Positions 12,762 through 28,600 of a DNA stretch of 64,000 bases are shown piece after piece. The stretch spans positions 58,156,001 to 58,220,000 of the forward strand of contig OZ287756.1 in assembly GCA_965649765.1 (NCBI GenBank), read 5' to 3'. The position numbers and the translations under genes were made by a program. The notes beneath the pieces were generated by a model that saw only the letters and a program-made list of their open reading frames with translations, was not told the DNA's origin and did no database searches. Every line of letters starts with the position of its first letter. The first letter of the stretch is position 1. This DNA comes from Bispira polyomma (taxonomy: Eukaryota).

Positions 12762-13269
12762 TGTCGATTTTGTGTTGTAATTTTTAAAATAATTTTGGAC
12801 TATATCATGTTTAGACCATCGGCTATTGGGGGTAGTTGGTAATCATTAAAATAAATGCAAGTAGCCGTCAATAATAGGCAAATCGATCTGAAAAAAACAA
12901 TTGTTTACTATTTTAATGTGTAGTAATGCATCCTATGAACTTCAAACTGTGATATTTTGGAAGTTATCCAAGCAAATTGGTTGTCAATGTCACTGTGAAT
13001 GACTTGTTTTAGTGTAAACATGCGATTTTTCGTTTTTGTTTTGGCAATACAAACTAACAACCGGATCAAGTTAAATGCCTCCCACCCCAAATCTATTGCT
13101 TATTGTCTAATAAAATAATCCAACAAAAATGGTGCTTTTGTTCAGTCATTCCCTTAAAAATTCCTAAGCTGCCTGACTAAAAGCCAAAAACCAGGCGATG
13201 CCTCAACCTATCTTTTCAATGGCTATTATTATATATACATATATACATGTAGAAATATAAGACATTTTG

Positions 13270-13765
13270 TTGCAAAATTGTATTGCAAATAAAACTGTTT
13301 AAAAGTTTGCTTTAACAATGTCTTAGCTGAGGATCCGTTTTGTGAATACCATTTAAGTCAATATATTAGCTGAAACAAAAGTCTGACATTAAGGAATTAA
13401 TAAGAAATAAGGTTTTGGTGAAGACTTTAAAAATGACGCTTAAGTTCTTAACCAGAGCATAGGTGTTTATCTGATATCTTTGTGGGAAAAAGAGAAGTAA
13501 ATAAAATGTAATCTAATTTCTGGGTGAGGTTTATTTAGCCTAAATAATTATAAAATATTATATATGCATGTCCAAATGTAAGGATTTTATAATTGCAAAT
13601 AAACAAATATCAGTGTTGAAAACACTTTTCCTTTAACAAAGTGTTAGATCAGAATCCATTTGTTAAAAACCATTTAAGTCAATAACTTAGCTCAAACAAA
13701 AGTCTGAGATTAAGGAATTAACTAGGAATGAAGTTTTGGTGAAAACTTTGAGAATACCGCCCCTA
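13270..13765. repeat. Diverged direct duplication, period ~320 bp
   Basis: ccatttaagtcaata..ttagct.aaacaaaagtctga.attaaggaattaa...gttttggtgaa.acttt occurs at ~13350-13430 and ~13670-13750. Confidence 0.7.
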
Positions 13766-16049
13766 GATGACCTTCAACAATAAAACTGCCCAGATCTAGG
13801 GCAGTTTGTAGGACATGGTGATCAGCTATTGAAAACCTCAAACCATACAATCACATAATATCCTCCTGTCACTATTCATTTAACATGGCTTCATTTTTTG
13901 CAAGAGGATGTAAATATTCAGTTTGAGTATTCTAAAAAGAATTTCTTTAATACCCTTCGTTATTGATGACTTCAGATCCTTTTTCATCATACCCGTGGAT
14001 GTCTTCCTTAACAGGGTGCCACACACCAAACATCATGAGAACACAGGACCGACCTAACAAAGACAGCTATAACAGTAAAATATGGTTGTCTTGGTTGTGG
14101 CCCAGACAACTCCAGTCTAGTGTGCTTACACCAAACAAAGAGAGGCTGGCCAAGACAAACCAAGTGAATGTTTTATTGCAACTTATCACAGTTTAGGGGG
14201 ATAAATGCTGGCATTCAGCTCCTTCATATGGCGGCCTTTACTTTTACTAAACCATTGGCCTAGTTGTATATATGGGGTATTAAGGTATTTAGTATGTCAG
14301 TAAACTGGCACTCTTGCCATGGGTTCAATTTTGTTGATTTGTAAAACAATATAATTTAAAGAAAACAATCAACTGATGTTAACATTACTTTTTTTTTGTT
14401 TTTGTTACATGCCTTGTATTAATGCTTGATTATATACTCTGTTTAAAATAACTGTATGTGTCATGGTTTAAGGCCTGGTCTCATTTAGATGTGCATCTGT
14501 GACAGTTCATTTTGTATTGCGGGAGACTACACCAAGAACGGACTCTTACGCCATGTATATTTCCCCCCCACCCCTCCATCGCCCCCTCCAAAAGTTAACA
14601 TTTGAGTTACAATGAAAATAACTTAGTGAAAAGACGAAAGGTAATGACTTCAAATACAGGTACTTTGTGCCTTGACAGATGTACTTAAAAAAAAGGCCGG
14701 TGGTTTACAATTGCTTAAGCACTGATTTCTTCCGGTATTGAATCTAACCGTTGTGATATAACCTGAGCTGTTGAAAACAAAATAAATCCTAACTAAATTC
14801 AAACAGAGGATACCGGTGTATATCTAAGGTGAAGGTTGTCGGTTAAAGTACCCCTTATTATCTGACTATGTCTGAATATATTTGAATATGCAAGTATATT
14901 TCAAATTGAAATTTACACACTAAACAGAACTGTTATGCTGTTTTCTCTCTGTAACCTGTTATTATTTCCATTGGGAATGATTTGTAATTTACTAAATAAG
15001 GGCAGTTGACAGCAACACGCAAGCTTTACATACCCATAGGAGTTTTGCAAGTGTTTGGTAGACAGCAACAGTTCATCTAAATGACAGAGCTGTCCTTAAG
15101 GGTGTCACATCCCTGAGTGCAATAATTAGTTTAAAGATTTTTAACAGATAGTGCTGGGCCAGTAAAAATTATTCTTCTGCTTTACTTTGATGTTTAACTC
15201 TACTTTGTTCAGTTTTTTATTTTACTGCTGTATATCTTTTCTGAATCTATATTTTCATTGGCATGCTCATAAAAATATTAAATTTGCATTGGCATTGTTT
15301 TCTGATCACATATATTTGATCATGTTACATAATTATAATGATGTATAGAATAAAAGTAAACTTTGAGAGCAAGAAGTAGAAAGCTTATCTCGGGCACAGT
15401 GCCAAAAAAAACAATCCTGAATCCTTCCAGATCGGCTTCACAATTTAACAGATTATTCGTTAACCCCATACCCCATCCCTCAAATCTAAAAGACACATAT
15501 CTCTGGCTTTTATCAACCCAGGTAACGTCTGGCAATATATTTTGTTTCAGTGTTAAAAGCTCTTTTTAAATGAATGCTTATAAGTATGGGTTATGTCTAC
15601 GTGCAGTGAGTAACAAATAGTCTTCATTTGTGTTAAGTCTGAGTGTATTTGAGAAACATAATGTTATTTGATTATATGGTCAATAACATGGACTTTTACT
15701 TTCTCTAAGTTACCAACCCTTAAATTCAGAAGAAACATTACAGTAAACCCATTTTTTTATATATATAAGATATAAATATATAAGATATAGAAATTGTAAT
15801 GAACTCTGAATTTTAGCATTTCTGCAAATAGTTTAGTTTATATGTATCATTGTACACACATTCAATTTATTTATTTTATGTAAACAATCTAATTTATAGT
15901 TCCATGGAGTATTGGAGTGGAGATAAGGAGAAGTTATTAAACCAATAACATAACACCATGATACATGTGAATTCTCTTTAAAGTGTTGCTTTGGACATTC
16001 TGTTTCTGTAATAGAACAAGAGTTGTCTTTTAAAAAAGACACAAGTGAA

Positions 16050-17645
16050 GAAGCTGTGATACACGAACGATATTACCAATTTATACTTCGGCATATCGGA
16101 CATCCATGAGTTTGGACCAGTCGATTGCTTCCAACAAATATATAAAGGCCTTACATTTTATTTATAATTACAGAATAAAAACAACATCAGGCGGTGCCTG
16201 ATGAAATGGATTTTTAGGGAAAAGACAACTACAGATTGTGTATAGAATGAATGGCTGATCTGTATCAAGGATCTCTTATTGCACAGTATGTTATTCCAGG
16301 AATCAGATGGCTAACATTACAAACCATAAATCAGGGAATAATATAGGGATCTTTTGTAAAAAAAGTTGTCGGTGATGTCTGGGCCAGAGATACATAACTG
16401 GTATCAGATGGAGCTTGCACAATAAGGGAAGTTATTGAAATATGTATTCAATCATTCTGCCAAAATTAATTTCATTTGTACTTGAAAGAAAATAAGAAAT
16501 GCTACCGACCAAATCGACTGAAGTCATACTATACTGTTTATTATTTATTACATTTCTATTTGACTTAAAACAAAAATATTTGCTGCAAATTTTTGATACA
16601 ATGTTTGACTGGCTGTGATGTAATCCAAAAATATCAAAAGCAGAGCTTTTTCTACTCGACTGGTTTAATAAAGATAAAATTTTTATTAAGTGATATCCTC
16701 AATGCAAAAGGGGAATGTATATCTCAAAGAGAATGTACTCAGTTTTATAACATTAGAACCAACTTTATGGAAAATCATAGAATTACCATATGCATTAAAG
16801 TCTTTTCTAAATAAGTTTAATATGGAATCTAAGGAACACCGAAAAAAAAACAAGTTTACCCTTCTCAGGTCAAAATTCTGTGTAATTCCACAAAGGTAGC
16901 AAAGATTTCTATGCTACTTTGAATAATCACTCGAATGAGTATTACAATACATCTCAGTCATACTGGGAAGAATCACAAGGTATTATTTTATCAGAAATCA
17001 CTTCGAAACAGATATTTAGAATATGCTTTCAAATAGTAAAAGAATAATGACCTGATATGGATACACAGTAGCGAGTACTGTACAGAGTACTTTGTACCAA
17101 TGACCTCTTATTGAAAATAAAACGTCATGCAAGTGGTAACTACAATCTTTGCAATTATAATATAGAACCGGTCATGCATCTCTTTACAGAGTGTGGTATT
17201 GTAAAACGGTTTTGGTTTAAATTAAAATGAATTCAAGATGGATTTAGCTGTTAATCCCTCTTTTATAATATTAGGAGTTCCACAATTCAACAACCAGACC
17301 ATTCCATTAAATACTATTTATCTTACAGCAAAAAAAAAAATGTAGATCTTTAAAACCTCGAGAATAAAAGGAAAATTAAAGGTAGAAGACTTTTGCAATT
17401 ATTTAGGATCTATACTTCAAGAACAGGAACATGATAATTTTAGAAGAATATGGAGTCATTTTAACTACCTCTTACTCAATCAGTGTATTTAAAATAACAA
17501 AATAATGTTTTAACCCCATAAGGAGCCTGTATTACTTTTGTCAAATATGTATTTTTGTCACCTGCAAGTGTTATTGTTAAAATTAAATTTTTATATTTTT
17601 TTTTCTCGTTCATAGACAATAATAAAGACTTTTATTACAATAAAG
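16050..17645 (+). mobile_element. Very degraded Tx1/L1-like LINE 3' portion
   Basis: Residual C-terminal zinc-knuckle-like peptide NLCNYNIEPVMHLFTECGIVKRFW at ~17145-17215, similar to the LINE end at 47390-47465. AATAAA at ~17620. Many stops and frameshifts. Confidence 0.55.
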
Positions 17646-18049
17646 GAAATCGTTGTAATTTGCATTTAATATTTTTAACAGAGTTTATTGATGTGTGACA
17701 TCTTATAAAGTGCAACAACCGAATCAATTACCCAATCAAGAGCCCTACAACATAGGCTGGCTTGTATCAGTACACAATGGCATGTTCACATCTTTCCCAA
17801 GAATCTTAGCGCACCAAGGAACGTAGCAGAACCCAAGACTTTCTAATCACCAGACCAACTATGACATATTACCTCCCCCCCCCCCCCCCCCCACAGACAC
17901 TTGAAACTGAGCCAGGGGCCTTTCAATCACCAGATACCATTTATATTGCTTGTATTTTCATATAATACAGCAACAGCAAAGAAAATGATTACAAGTACAT
18001 CCACAAGTAGCCATGGTAGAATTAGAATTGCGATAGCCATAGCTAGGCT

Positions 18050-18220
18050 TAAGCGATAGCTTAGGTCCTATTATGGCGGGCAGATTCAATGATGGAAGAA
18101 ACTAGTGCTGAGGCACTATAAACCACTGACCTACGGCAAGCACCGGACAAACTTTCCCATCTAAAGGAAGCTACATAATTCGGACTGATGTTGGTGAGAG
18201 GCCAGTGACTGTGACCAAGG
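18050..18220 (-). mobile_element. Degenerate SINE (related core to the 12225 and 63067 SINEs)
   Basis: Reverse complement contains cactggcctctcacc...atgggaaagtttgtcc...ggtcagtggttt...tttcttcca, the same core as the other copies. Confidence 0.6.
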
Positions 18221-21200
18221 TAGGGCGAATATTTGAACATTTTTTAAAGATATTTCTTTTTCTGAAAGTTCCAATGATGTAAAACAAACTAGAGTAAAAA
18301 CTGTTTTAAGACTTAAAGCTCCTGAAATGCTGTTTATGTAGTTATTTTACAAGCAATCTTAAATTGGTCTACAGATGCGAATTCTGTGTTGAAAGCTCAA
18401 CAGCATCAATGAATACAAGTGTAGTGCATTTTCATACATAGGACTCTCCACATAGATTTCCTATTGGCTGGAGTATTAACTTGAACTTGACTTGAGATGG
18501 GGTTAATGCCTGCCTAGATATTGCAGTTTCCAATGTCAGATGACCTTGTAAATCTATTATGAACTATATGTGCCACTGAAGAATAAGGTATGGCTACAAA
18601 GCCTGTGTTCTCTAAAGAAAGTCAAACTAAACTCAGATGTAGGCTATCAGAAAGTCCTTGCTGTTGTATAAACCTGTGTGTGTGACTATTGATTTTAATA
18701 GTAACTTCAGTGCTGATGTCATATATGCAGTCAGATTTTCCATTGAATCAGAATATAGGATTTTATATTTGAGTTTGAGTCTCGGTTGAGATGTTCGGAG
18801 AATACAGCCATTAAACTACATACTGACACTGCATGGTAGGTACTTGCTGCAGTGTCTTACATAAGTCTGGCTAGAGACACATGTTTTATAGTCTACAACT
18901 CCACTTCATATAGTTCAAATGAGCATTTTAAAGTTCTACATCCAAGATATCAAGAAATATGTTTGTGTTATGACATGTGCAATGGTTTGAAGATGCTAAT
19001 ATAGATAGACAGATATAGATCAAATACATTTACGGTTGTATAATTTACAAAAATAATATATCAAATTAACAAAATCTATATTTCAGTATCCAAGTACGTT
19101 TATTGGCTCTTTAGAATAAACATCAACCACATCGCACATAGAGTTACAAAAAAAGAATTTAGAAATCACAAGGAGACAGTACTGGACATATAATAATAAC
19201 TTTTTTTACTATAAATCAGCATTTTTGTTCCCATAGATGGTATAATAATTTTACTACATATTTTATACAATTATTTAATATTTTTTTTCTTTTGTATTAG
19301 GATCTGTCATATATCTGCACCATCTTGAGCATACTCTGCTGTTTTCAAATCACAATATTATAACAGGCAACCTGCAACTGACTTGTTAGTGGACAGTATT
19401 TATGGTGAAGAATATTTGCATATGTTTTTGTCAGCTACCTTGACTACTACCAAATTACACTCTTGGCTCATGACAATTTTACTAACAAGTGATTTTAGGG
19501 TTTTTCCATGAGGTGAAATTGAAAACAAACTCTAGGATTAGGTGTAACAAAAAAGTTCACCATGTTTGATATTAAGCAAAAATCCATTGAACAATTTTCT
19601 GAAGTTTTGGTGTGGGTAGAAGACGCCATTGTTTTTATGCACCTGACAGAAATTCTAACTGGGATGGAATTGTTTAGATTGACAGAAGTTAATGGAGGGA
19701 AAACAGTTGGACCAGTTAGTTTCCTGTACCAGTGGTGGTACTGTACAAACATACTGAGAAAAATAGCTCCTATATAATAACTTTCCAAGGAAGGAAGGAG
19801 CTGTAGGAGCTCTTAATAGCTACCCATGTTAAGAGCACAAACAAAAGGAATATTTAGGAATGAAAATTCAATGAAAATGATATAGCAATTTAAATTAGCA
19901 TCCTTTGGCAACCTCTTCATGTTTTAACTTCAGGGTTAAGAGTAGATGTCTGGTCATGTATAACCTATATCCGTGATGGAATGACAGTATATATATAACA
20001 TACAAGGGTCCAGGATTTACAAAATTAACTGAAAATATTTAATTGAAAAATCATTTTACCATTGATGACAGACTTGTGATCAATCATTTAACACAAGTAT
20101 TATAAACACTAACATTAAATGCACAGGTCATGTATAACAAATCTTGAATTTACTTTTGGCCTTGCTATAGATGCTGCAAGTGTGACTTAAAATATTGAGC
20201 TACTTGTGGATAATAAAGGTTTCTGGTTGATATAATCCTGACTAACAAAAGAACATCAACAGAAGGATATTTGGAGAGAAAACTGTTCTTTGACACAGCA
20301 ACCTGTCTTTACATCAAACAAAAAATACCACATCTGAGAACTCTGTAAATAGAGACTTATAGATGGGGGGTGCGGAGAGGAGGGGGGGGGGGGCATGTGG
20401 GCCATAGAGTCAGAGTATCACTTCTCAGGAAGAACACACAAAGACTAATGTAGCTCATGGGATTAGGTGGGTGGAACTGAACTATTCTAAGTCCATTATG
20501 AAAAATTATCAACATTAAAGCCCAATCTCATTCAGAGATCTTACATCCATAAGTATACGTTGCAGCAGGTTTGTGACTTTTCTCCCATTGCTACCCTCGT
20601 CCCCAAAATATCCCATAGCCCCACTGCCACAAAGTTGTGGCGTATTCATAATGAAACTGTGATGAACATGCCACAAAAGTAACAGGCATCTTCTCTAACA
20701 TCCAATAATGAGTAATGAACAATAACGAATGCCAACTAACTCATCACAAATCGCATTAAAAGGTCACTAACTGCTAGTAATTAACACTGATACAAAACGA
20801 GCCAACACAACCTGCTACTGACGAGAAACGTTCTAAAACCCATAAAGACATAAACCTTTCACTCCCCAACAAAAACACCCATGTTCCAAGCATGCATCCA
20901 CGAAAGTTTGGAACATTCAAAATTTTTCACATGATGCAACTTATGCTCACGGATATCTTTGAAGAGTTCATTAGCACTCCAAATGTAGGCGAGTCTGAAA
21001 CGAAGTTGAAAACTACAGTCAATGACTGACATGAAGACGTTCGTGGTGTGTTCGTAACGGCCATCCATATTAACGAGACCTAGGTATTAGGTTGACGAAA
21101 TAAAGCCTCACATATATTCTCTTGCAACGGGAATGGAACGCAAAAACTCTAATATAGTGTTCACTTACCCAAGGCAAGAGGTTAAATATGTTAAAGCAGT

Positions 21201-22995
21201 AAAAATGTAAATATTTAATTAAATCAGTTGATAACGAGGCACTATTTTTTGTGTACATTGAAAAATAAACACTGGGGATATTAGCTAAGATATAGTTTGA
21301 AGTAGCTCTCATCAATTTTTTTATGCAGAATTTGTTAATTGTGTGTTGACGTTATGATTTAAATTTAAATAACAGTGCTTGCAACTAGCATCAACAGAAA
21401 CAGCAAAGTATAGTAAGATTACCATGTATACATGGTGAGGTAATGAGAGGTAATACTTTGTTTGCAATTAGACTTAAGGATGGCCTTACGGCGAAATATT
21501 ATTCCAGAAAAGCTGTCCTGAAGTTCAATCGTCAATAAAGTATGCGCTTGTGGGCATTATTTCTACTACAAAGACCGGTAATAGTGTATTTCAAAGTAAT
21601 TATTTTTAAACATTATTTTTGCAACAGCTTAACTTTCTGATGATAGTTTGGTTCATGAAATTATACTACTGTATACATGAAAGTTTCAGTGTGTGTTGTA
21701 ATTTCTACTTTTCATTGTGGTAATCCCTTTGTTTATTGTATAATGTTTGTTCAAAATTGTTAAAAAAAATGTGTTCACCAAAAAATGACTGAAAGCTTTA
21801 CAGGGTAATTAATATTAAGTTAAATTACTAGTAGAAAATACAATTTGTAGTAATCATTTAGTTGAAACATAATCAATGGTAAAAAATGAATTCCAGAGAA
21901 TTATGAATAAGTGTAATTTTCTTGTCATACAGTTAAATGGACTTCTGGTAATTTATGCAAATTCTTTAAAATCAGTTTTGAAACAAAAAGTGGACCTCCC
22001 TACCAACAGGCTATAACTACATTTGACACCTGCTGTTCTGATTAATTCTACAGTAGCTTTAGGGATACACAAAAAGAAGGCATTACCCTGAAGTAGAATG
22101 TCAGTCGCCTTTTCTGCTGAAAAGAGTAATTTCTGCAATAACTGTAAATGCTGCACTGGTAGCAATTCCATTATTTCCCAATGGTCAATGGCTTCTTGGT
22201 TAACGGAAGTCCTATGTTAAACAATCTAATTATGAATAACTGGAATGGTTTTATTTTACACTTATTGTAGCTGTTATACCTACATCAGATTATTTTTGTA
22301 TCGGTTTTCTTACAAATATTTACAGGGAATTTTCCAAATTTCAATGGTATTTTGTATATTCTCCAAAACATGGTAATTAAAAAAAGGTGCTAAATGGGTA
22401 AATTAAGTATTTTATCAATTTTAATTTAAAATTACCTTTACTAATGTTTTTTTTGTACACCGCCGAAACATGCACCTGTTTGAATTAATATTAGCTGCAA
22501 TGCTTTTATTGGCCAGCCTTGACTCGTTTCAACAACAATATCTATAATCACAGACACAACACTTGACACATAAATAAATATTTTTCGGTGAAATATGTTT
22601 TTTTTTAACATTTAAATACATGCTCCTTTTAGTAACGGCATAATTCTGTTTGCAACAAATCTAAAAGAAATTATATAAATGTATATAAGTAATTCCCACT
22701 TACTGTACTTATTTGACCAATGTATTCTTAACATAAATCCTGTAGCACTTATCAGGCCATAGGCCCATGTATTTTGTTACCATGTCCCTTGGCGGATCCA
22801 GGGGTTGGGGTGGGGTATGGGTGGAGTCTAGGTGGTCAGGACCCCTCCCCCCTTTTAAATTACCTTTACATCTACAACCAACAAGCAACACTCTCCACCC
22901 CAAAACCTCCTTTACAGCATCCAATATATGCCTATGATTATATGTTACAGTTATTTTCTAGGAAGGACCAAATCTATGAAATATCCTCACACCTG

Positions 22996-23333
22996 AGAGG
23001 TGAATATACCTGTCAGATTTTTCTTCTAAATCGGTCATCCGACGTCTGTTTTAGTCATCCGACGTCCAAATTTTCAGATACACTACATCCGAAACATGGT
23101 CAATTTTTTTAGTATTCATGTTTTGAAAATAAAAATATCACAAAATCAATTAAATTACTTCACCTTTCTGTCCGTCATCCAAAAAAAATTGGTTTGGGAT
23201 CGATTTTGAACATTCGACTCCCTATTAAAAGGTAACGTTAGCCAGGTGTATTCAACTTCTGTTTTTTTTTTATGTTTTTAATTTTTTTCGATGACAGACT
23301 TTGAAGCAAAATTAGACAGGTATATTCGCCCCG
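22996..23333. mobile_element. MITE-like element with ~45-bp imperfect terminal inverted repeats
   Basis: Left ggtgaatatacctgtcagatttttcttctaaatcggtcatc versus reverse complement of the right end ggcgaatatacctgtctaattttgcttcaaagtctgtcatc. No coding capacity. Confidence 0.7.
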
Positions 23334-25299
23334 TAACAACAAAGAGAGAACATTCACGCAGGGGCCTAGATCCAATAACACAACGGCATAGTTAATAGGC
23401 ATATGTTACCACAACACAGTCAAGGCCCCCCATTTGTAAGTGTCAGGAGTTTAATTGTCTGCAGTTAGTTAATGTGCCAGTGTCAACAATTGCCACAGAG
23501 CAATGTGTCTGACTTTGAGCCAGATAATCACACCATCTTTGCCAGATGAAATATTTATACACCAAATTCAATTTAACTTCTACAGTTGGCAGCTAAACAA
23601 GCCTGTAATTGATGTGGACACCGAACCACCCAGATGGTGTATATTTTGTGAGACTATATTACTTGTTTAGCTTTCATTATATTTTGTAGACAAAAAAATG
23701 TACACCCTTGATAACTGAAGAATTTTAAGTTTTGAGAAAATATTTGGAAAAACGAAAACAGCAGATGAGAATAAGTTGTTATACAGGGAACTATACTGAA
23801 GGATAATGTGGTATTAAGTGAAGAAGAAAAACAACTGGCATATGGAATTAAAGTAAAAATTACCTAATGATATCTAAGATTATCTTCGTCGTTTGATATC
23901 TACACTGTAACTGTTTTGCAACCTGTCACATAGAAGCAACACCATACAGTGAAATAGGGAAGAATAGGGTATCAAACTACAAGTATGTATATTATTATTG
24001 AACTTCAAGGGAAAAGTTTCTCAAATCAGACCATCTTTTATCATCTTCATTAGAAAGAGTATTCAGTTTTATCATTTTTTGTTATATGTTTGACTGCACT
24101 TCATTGGCAAACGTAAATATATATTCTTCAAGAGTCTATTTGCATTAAAAAGCTAAGCAACAGATGCCAATACTTATGTACAATATCATCTTGCATTGAG
24201 TATTTACAGGAAAAACCACTACTCTGTTTACCAAATGTATTTGATCCCGTTTTATTACATATGCCCCTATTACAACAGGCCATTAGATTGAAATGAACTA
24301 GGGCAGGTCTTGTTAGGCTTAAAGGTCCCATCTTTTTGTGGCTCTGTAATGAAGTACAGGGCATAAACAGTGTTGGAAAAGCTCAGTAGGATCTGCAAAT
24401 AAATTCCTTTAGACAAAGGAGAATTCTGAGGAGGGGTTATCTGGCTCTGTACAGCATTGCTTATTGACTTAATACAATGAGAAAACCCCTAGCAGTTTAT
24501 TGTACACTGTTACTTAAGTAACAACTCATTCCGAATGAGGCATAGATTGGGAATTATTTACCTCAAGAGTGGTAACATTCTTCGCATATTCTTGCTTTGG
24601 AATGGGTCATTACATGATCTAACATGACAAATTAATATTGCTATCTAAATGTTACTGCACATTAAATTTCATTGCTTTATTGCCTTTATACACTTCCATT
24701 TCGATTATTCACCAAAAATAGCAAACCAAAGATAAAAAATAAAAATGAATTTGAAACAAATTTTGCGTATTGAATTCTATTCTTGCATAAGTGAAACATA
24801 AAAAAATATCTGTCATTGCGAACAGGAAAAAAATATTCTTTGTTTGGCTATGTTTTTTTCAATATCCACTGATATGTTTTCAACAAAAGATAAAATGTAA
24901 TAAAAACAAATTTGAAACAAATTTTAATTCAATGCATATTACATAAGTGAAGCGATGTAATGTAAGGTTTTCTTGCTCGATTCGAGATGGTAAATGAGAA
25001 AATGATGTTTCATTAGCCTGTCTAATTTGGGCAAGGTGGTCAGAGGTGGCAGGTGATAACCAAAACGTGACTTTTTATCTACTCATGAAAATGCATGGTC
25101 ATATTAAAAGTAAACTGTTTCCACATGTTGCTTTCATTAACACTGCGGTAATGCTAATCATCATTTACTCCCATAATGTAAACACTGCTAAAACAGTTTA
25201 TTCCGTTTCTACGCTTACGGTTCCTTTCAGCACATTACGACATTGGTCAATTTGAAGGTGTCCTTTCCGATCCGACGTCAGGCAATTTTGTACTTTTTT

Positions 25300-25665
25300 C
25301 ATCAGATATATACTAAAAAGTTAAATTAATGTTTATAATGGCATTAAAAAGCTTATTTTATTGTGATTACAATGCTTTTTTCCCCTAAAATTCGTTGAGA
25401 TTTATACAGTTAAGTAAGGCTACCCATTTTTACTTCCTGGTGTGTAATCTCTGACCTAGCTACAAAACTGACGTTATGTGACGTATTATTTACACTATAA
25501 GGATGAAGTTAAGTGGGGTACCTATCTATAAAGTTAAACATCTGAGCTGTTTCTTGACGATTTTTCTGGGAAAAAAGCACAGTAACCGCCATAAAATGAA
25601 CTTTCTCATGCCATTTTTAAAGTCAATATCCGACAAAAATTGAGTATATATCGGAAGAAAACTAT
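25300..25665. repeat. Degenerate long inverted repeat (probable MITE)
   Basis: gatatatact...atggcatt.aaaagct.attttat...tgctttttt.ccc.aaaatt.gt.gaga (25305-25400) pairs with the reverse complement of 25552-25660. Confidence 0.55.
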
Positions 25666-28600
25666 ACCTATGACAGTGTTTTTCTAGCCATTTTTGTTTT
25701 AAAATTGGTCAGTCCACCCGATTTTTCCCCTCCCTGACAGATAAAATATGTTGACCCAACAGACGTCGGTCGATGTCTGATCGGATCTGATGCAAATCTG
25801 GTGAAAATAAGCACTTGGTAGTATTGTATAATGAGGGAAAAAATTGACCGACGTTGGCCGATAAATATATGCTGAAAGGAAGCGCAGGCTACCAGTTTGT
25901 ATGTTTTCTCCACTGCTTTGACTTTGGGTAGTAAAGAATCTTGTATGCATAAACATAATCTGAAGTGTCACTGGTCAGTGCAGTGATACATATATAGATA
26001 TATCACTGGTATTGATGTTAATAGTGTATGCAACACAACACATAAATCCAATGACACACATGACTGTATATTGCATGTTTACCTAACTCGTGGGTCTGTT
26101 TTAGCACATTTTATGATGACAGTAAATCTTGCTATTGTTAATAAACACCAGCATTAGCACCAGCACTAAAACAAACAAAAACCAGATGCTTTTAATGATG
26201 CATATAGGTTGAATGTAAGAAATTTAAGTGTGTGTTTTTTTTTACAGCACAGTGCAATTCTACTGTTCTTACAATAGCACGGGAAAGTATTAGTGATACC
26301 TGTAGTTTAGAATACAACAATAAGCAGTACAAAATAAGCAGTACAAATGTGTGTAGTAATGAAATAAGTTAGATATGTGAATCCCATACAACAAACACTA
26401 GCTTGTATTCCTACAGTTATGAGCAACACAAAACCATTGGAAATACCATCCAGATACCAAAATAAGAATATAAGAGCACAATATTATTTTACAGCTACAA
26501 TTATCAATTCACTGTTTTCCACTATATTATAATATGACTGGCATGGTTTTCAAAAAATAATTACATGGCCCGGCACTCTATGTATCTTTTGTCTAATTAA
26601 ACAGTTCCCCACAGTAGTATAACATACTTTAAAATGACACTAGAATTAGCTAAAAGTTAAGTTTCTTATATTGGAATAGCAATAACCTATTTAAACCAAA
26701 CTAGGGGAATATGGGAACTATACCACTCTTTGAGTTCTGTCTACTATCAATCATGGTAAGATTTCCATGTATTCTTTGTCATGTTATCCCAGAGCCAGCA
26801 CACTTTTATTTACCCTGAAATGGACAAATCTGCCCTTGGTTGTTTTTTAAAGTAAATTTAATGGTGAATTCCCCAAAAATAAAGTTTGAACTTCCTCGAC
26901 AATTTTAACTTAAAAGAGGGTACCATCTCTTAGACAATATTGATTGTTCTATAATTTTGTAACTACATTTCAGCTTAAATCTTACTACTTGTAGATTTGA
27001 TTTGTCATTTGTTATATTCATAAAAAAAATTACTTGATTCTATAACATTTTCTTACTTTTCATCTGTTTTTGATATGTATTAAAATCGCCCAAAATTGAA
27101 AAAAAAAAATATATAAAGAATAGTTACAAATCCTTCAGACAACGCTCATGTAATGGTTAAAATTGGTTTGCATGATAAGTTTTAAACAAGGACAGATCAC
27201 AGTTCCACGTATTCCTTTTGTATCTTAGATGTTGGAGTTATCAAAGTGCTAATTGAGCAAAGCAAAACTATATATTATGATGTAAATACTACCAACAATG
27301 GAGATGGACTGTATGGTCAATACTATATGCAAGTTAAATGTTGCATACTTTGGCCTATTTACTGCAAAGAACGTGGGATCATTTTATACAGCTCCTGCAA
27401 GACTGGCTAAAACAACGGTTAATAAATCATTCAATATCTAACTGTAACACCATGTTGACCGACTATTGTTTTATACATAAATGCAATGACGCAGATGACA
27501 TTAATGTTTTGGTACTTCTGCTTTATCACGGCAGGTATTTTAATCATATGTCAAATGTTTGGATAGAAGAGTTAAAAATAAGAGATAATGAATCTAATGC
27601 CATGGTCACACTGGCTGTATGTTTCAATTATGGACAAAAAATGGCAAACGTTAACTCGTGCTATATATAATATACATATGTGAACGTATGCTTGCGTATG
27701 ACCAAAATTGGAAAAATTTTGAAATTTTTTAAAAACGTCCAAATTTTTGGACTGCTCAAAATTTCTTGCGTTATATGAAATATGGACCTTTGCGTAATGA
27801 TCGGGCTTAAAACGTAATTCAAACAAACTAAAAGAGTATTTTGCATAATTGGATGGGGTCAAAGCGGCCCTGAATGTGTCATACCTATGTCAGATTTACA
27901 AGACGTTTCATTTAGGTATGTGTCGTTAATTGTACATTGCACCCATTTTTACAGCCATTTCTGGTCAAAAATATATGGTTACATTTAATTTATTTTGATT
28001 AGGTACAGTGCGCATATCTCATTGGATCTTCCGTTTAATTTGCATGCTATTTTGTTCAACCCATTTACCAAACCGATCACCTCGTTCAGTATGCTTCCAT
28101 TTCGTCCACCACGCTCTTACTTCATTTAATTCGCTTGTGATGTCACAATTTTGTTTATTTATTCTGTTGTGATCTATGCAAATGCTTTTGTCATTCGCTC
28201 ATGTCGTCATTCAACGCATCATATGGTACCACGAGGTCGCATCATTTGAAGTTATATTTTGTTGTGGACACATGGATTTTTAATTTTTGGGAAACTTTGG
28301 TTTAATAGATCAATAATGGGTCAAGTTAGTAAAAAGACGATAGCACAAGCTCCACCTTCACCTGTGCTAGAGCCAGAGGCAGAAATTTTTTAAAGAGCAG
28401 TTGGAAGAGACAGAGGAGACAGCAAAGTTCAACCCACAAGAAGAAAAACTTCCAGAGCCAGACTAAGAAAGCTCCCAAGAAGAGGAGCCAGCTAGAGAAC
28501 CAAAAATCTTCCCCCTACGTGCCTTAATTGCCAGAATATACATACATCTCCATCTTTGAAAATAATTATTATCACCACATCATGTAGTTAAATTTTATTC

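Noticed and set aside
18340-21100. Several coding-looking patches (18340-18960, 19290-19800, 20780-21070) as remnants of a host gene
   Set aside because: No frame stays open and I recognise no motif. A tBLASTx/HMM search would be needed.
27860-28520. Glu/Pro-rich degenerate ORF (28316-28510) possibly from a DNA transposon accessory gene
   Set aside because: Low complexity, interrupted by stops, and no matching TIR pair or catalytic motif found.
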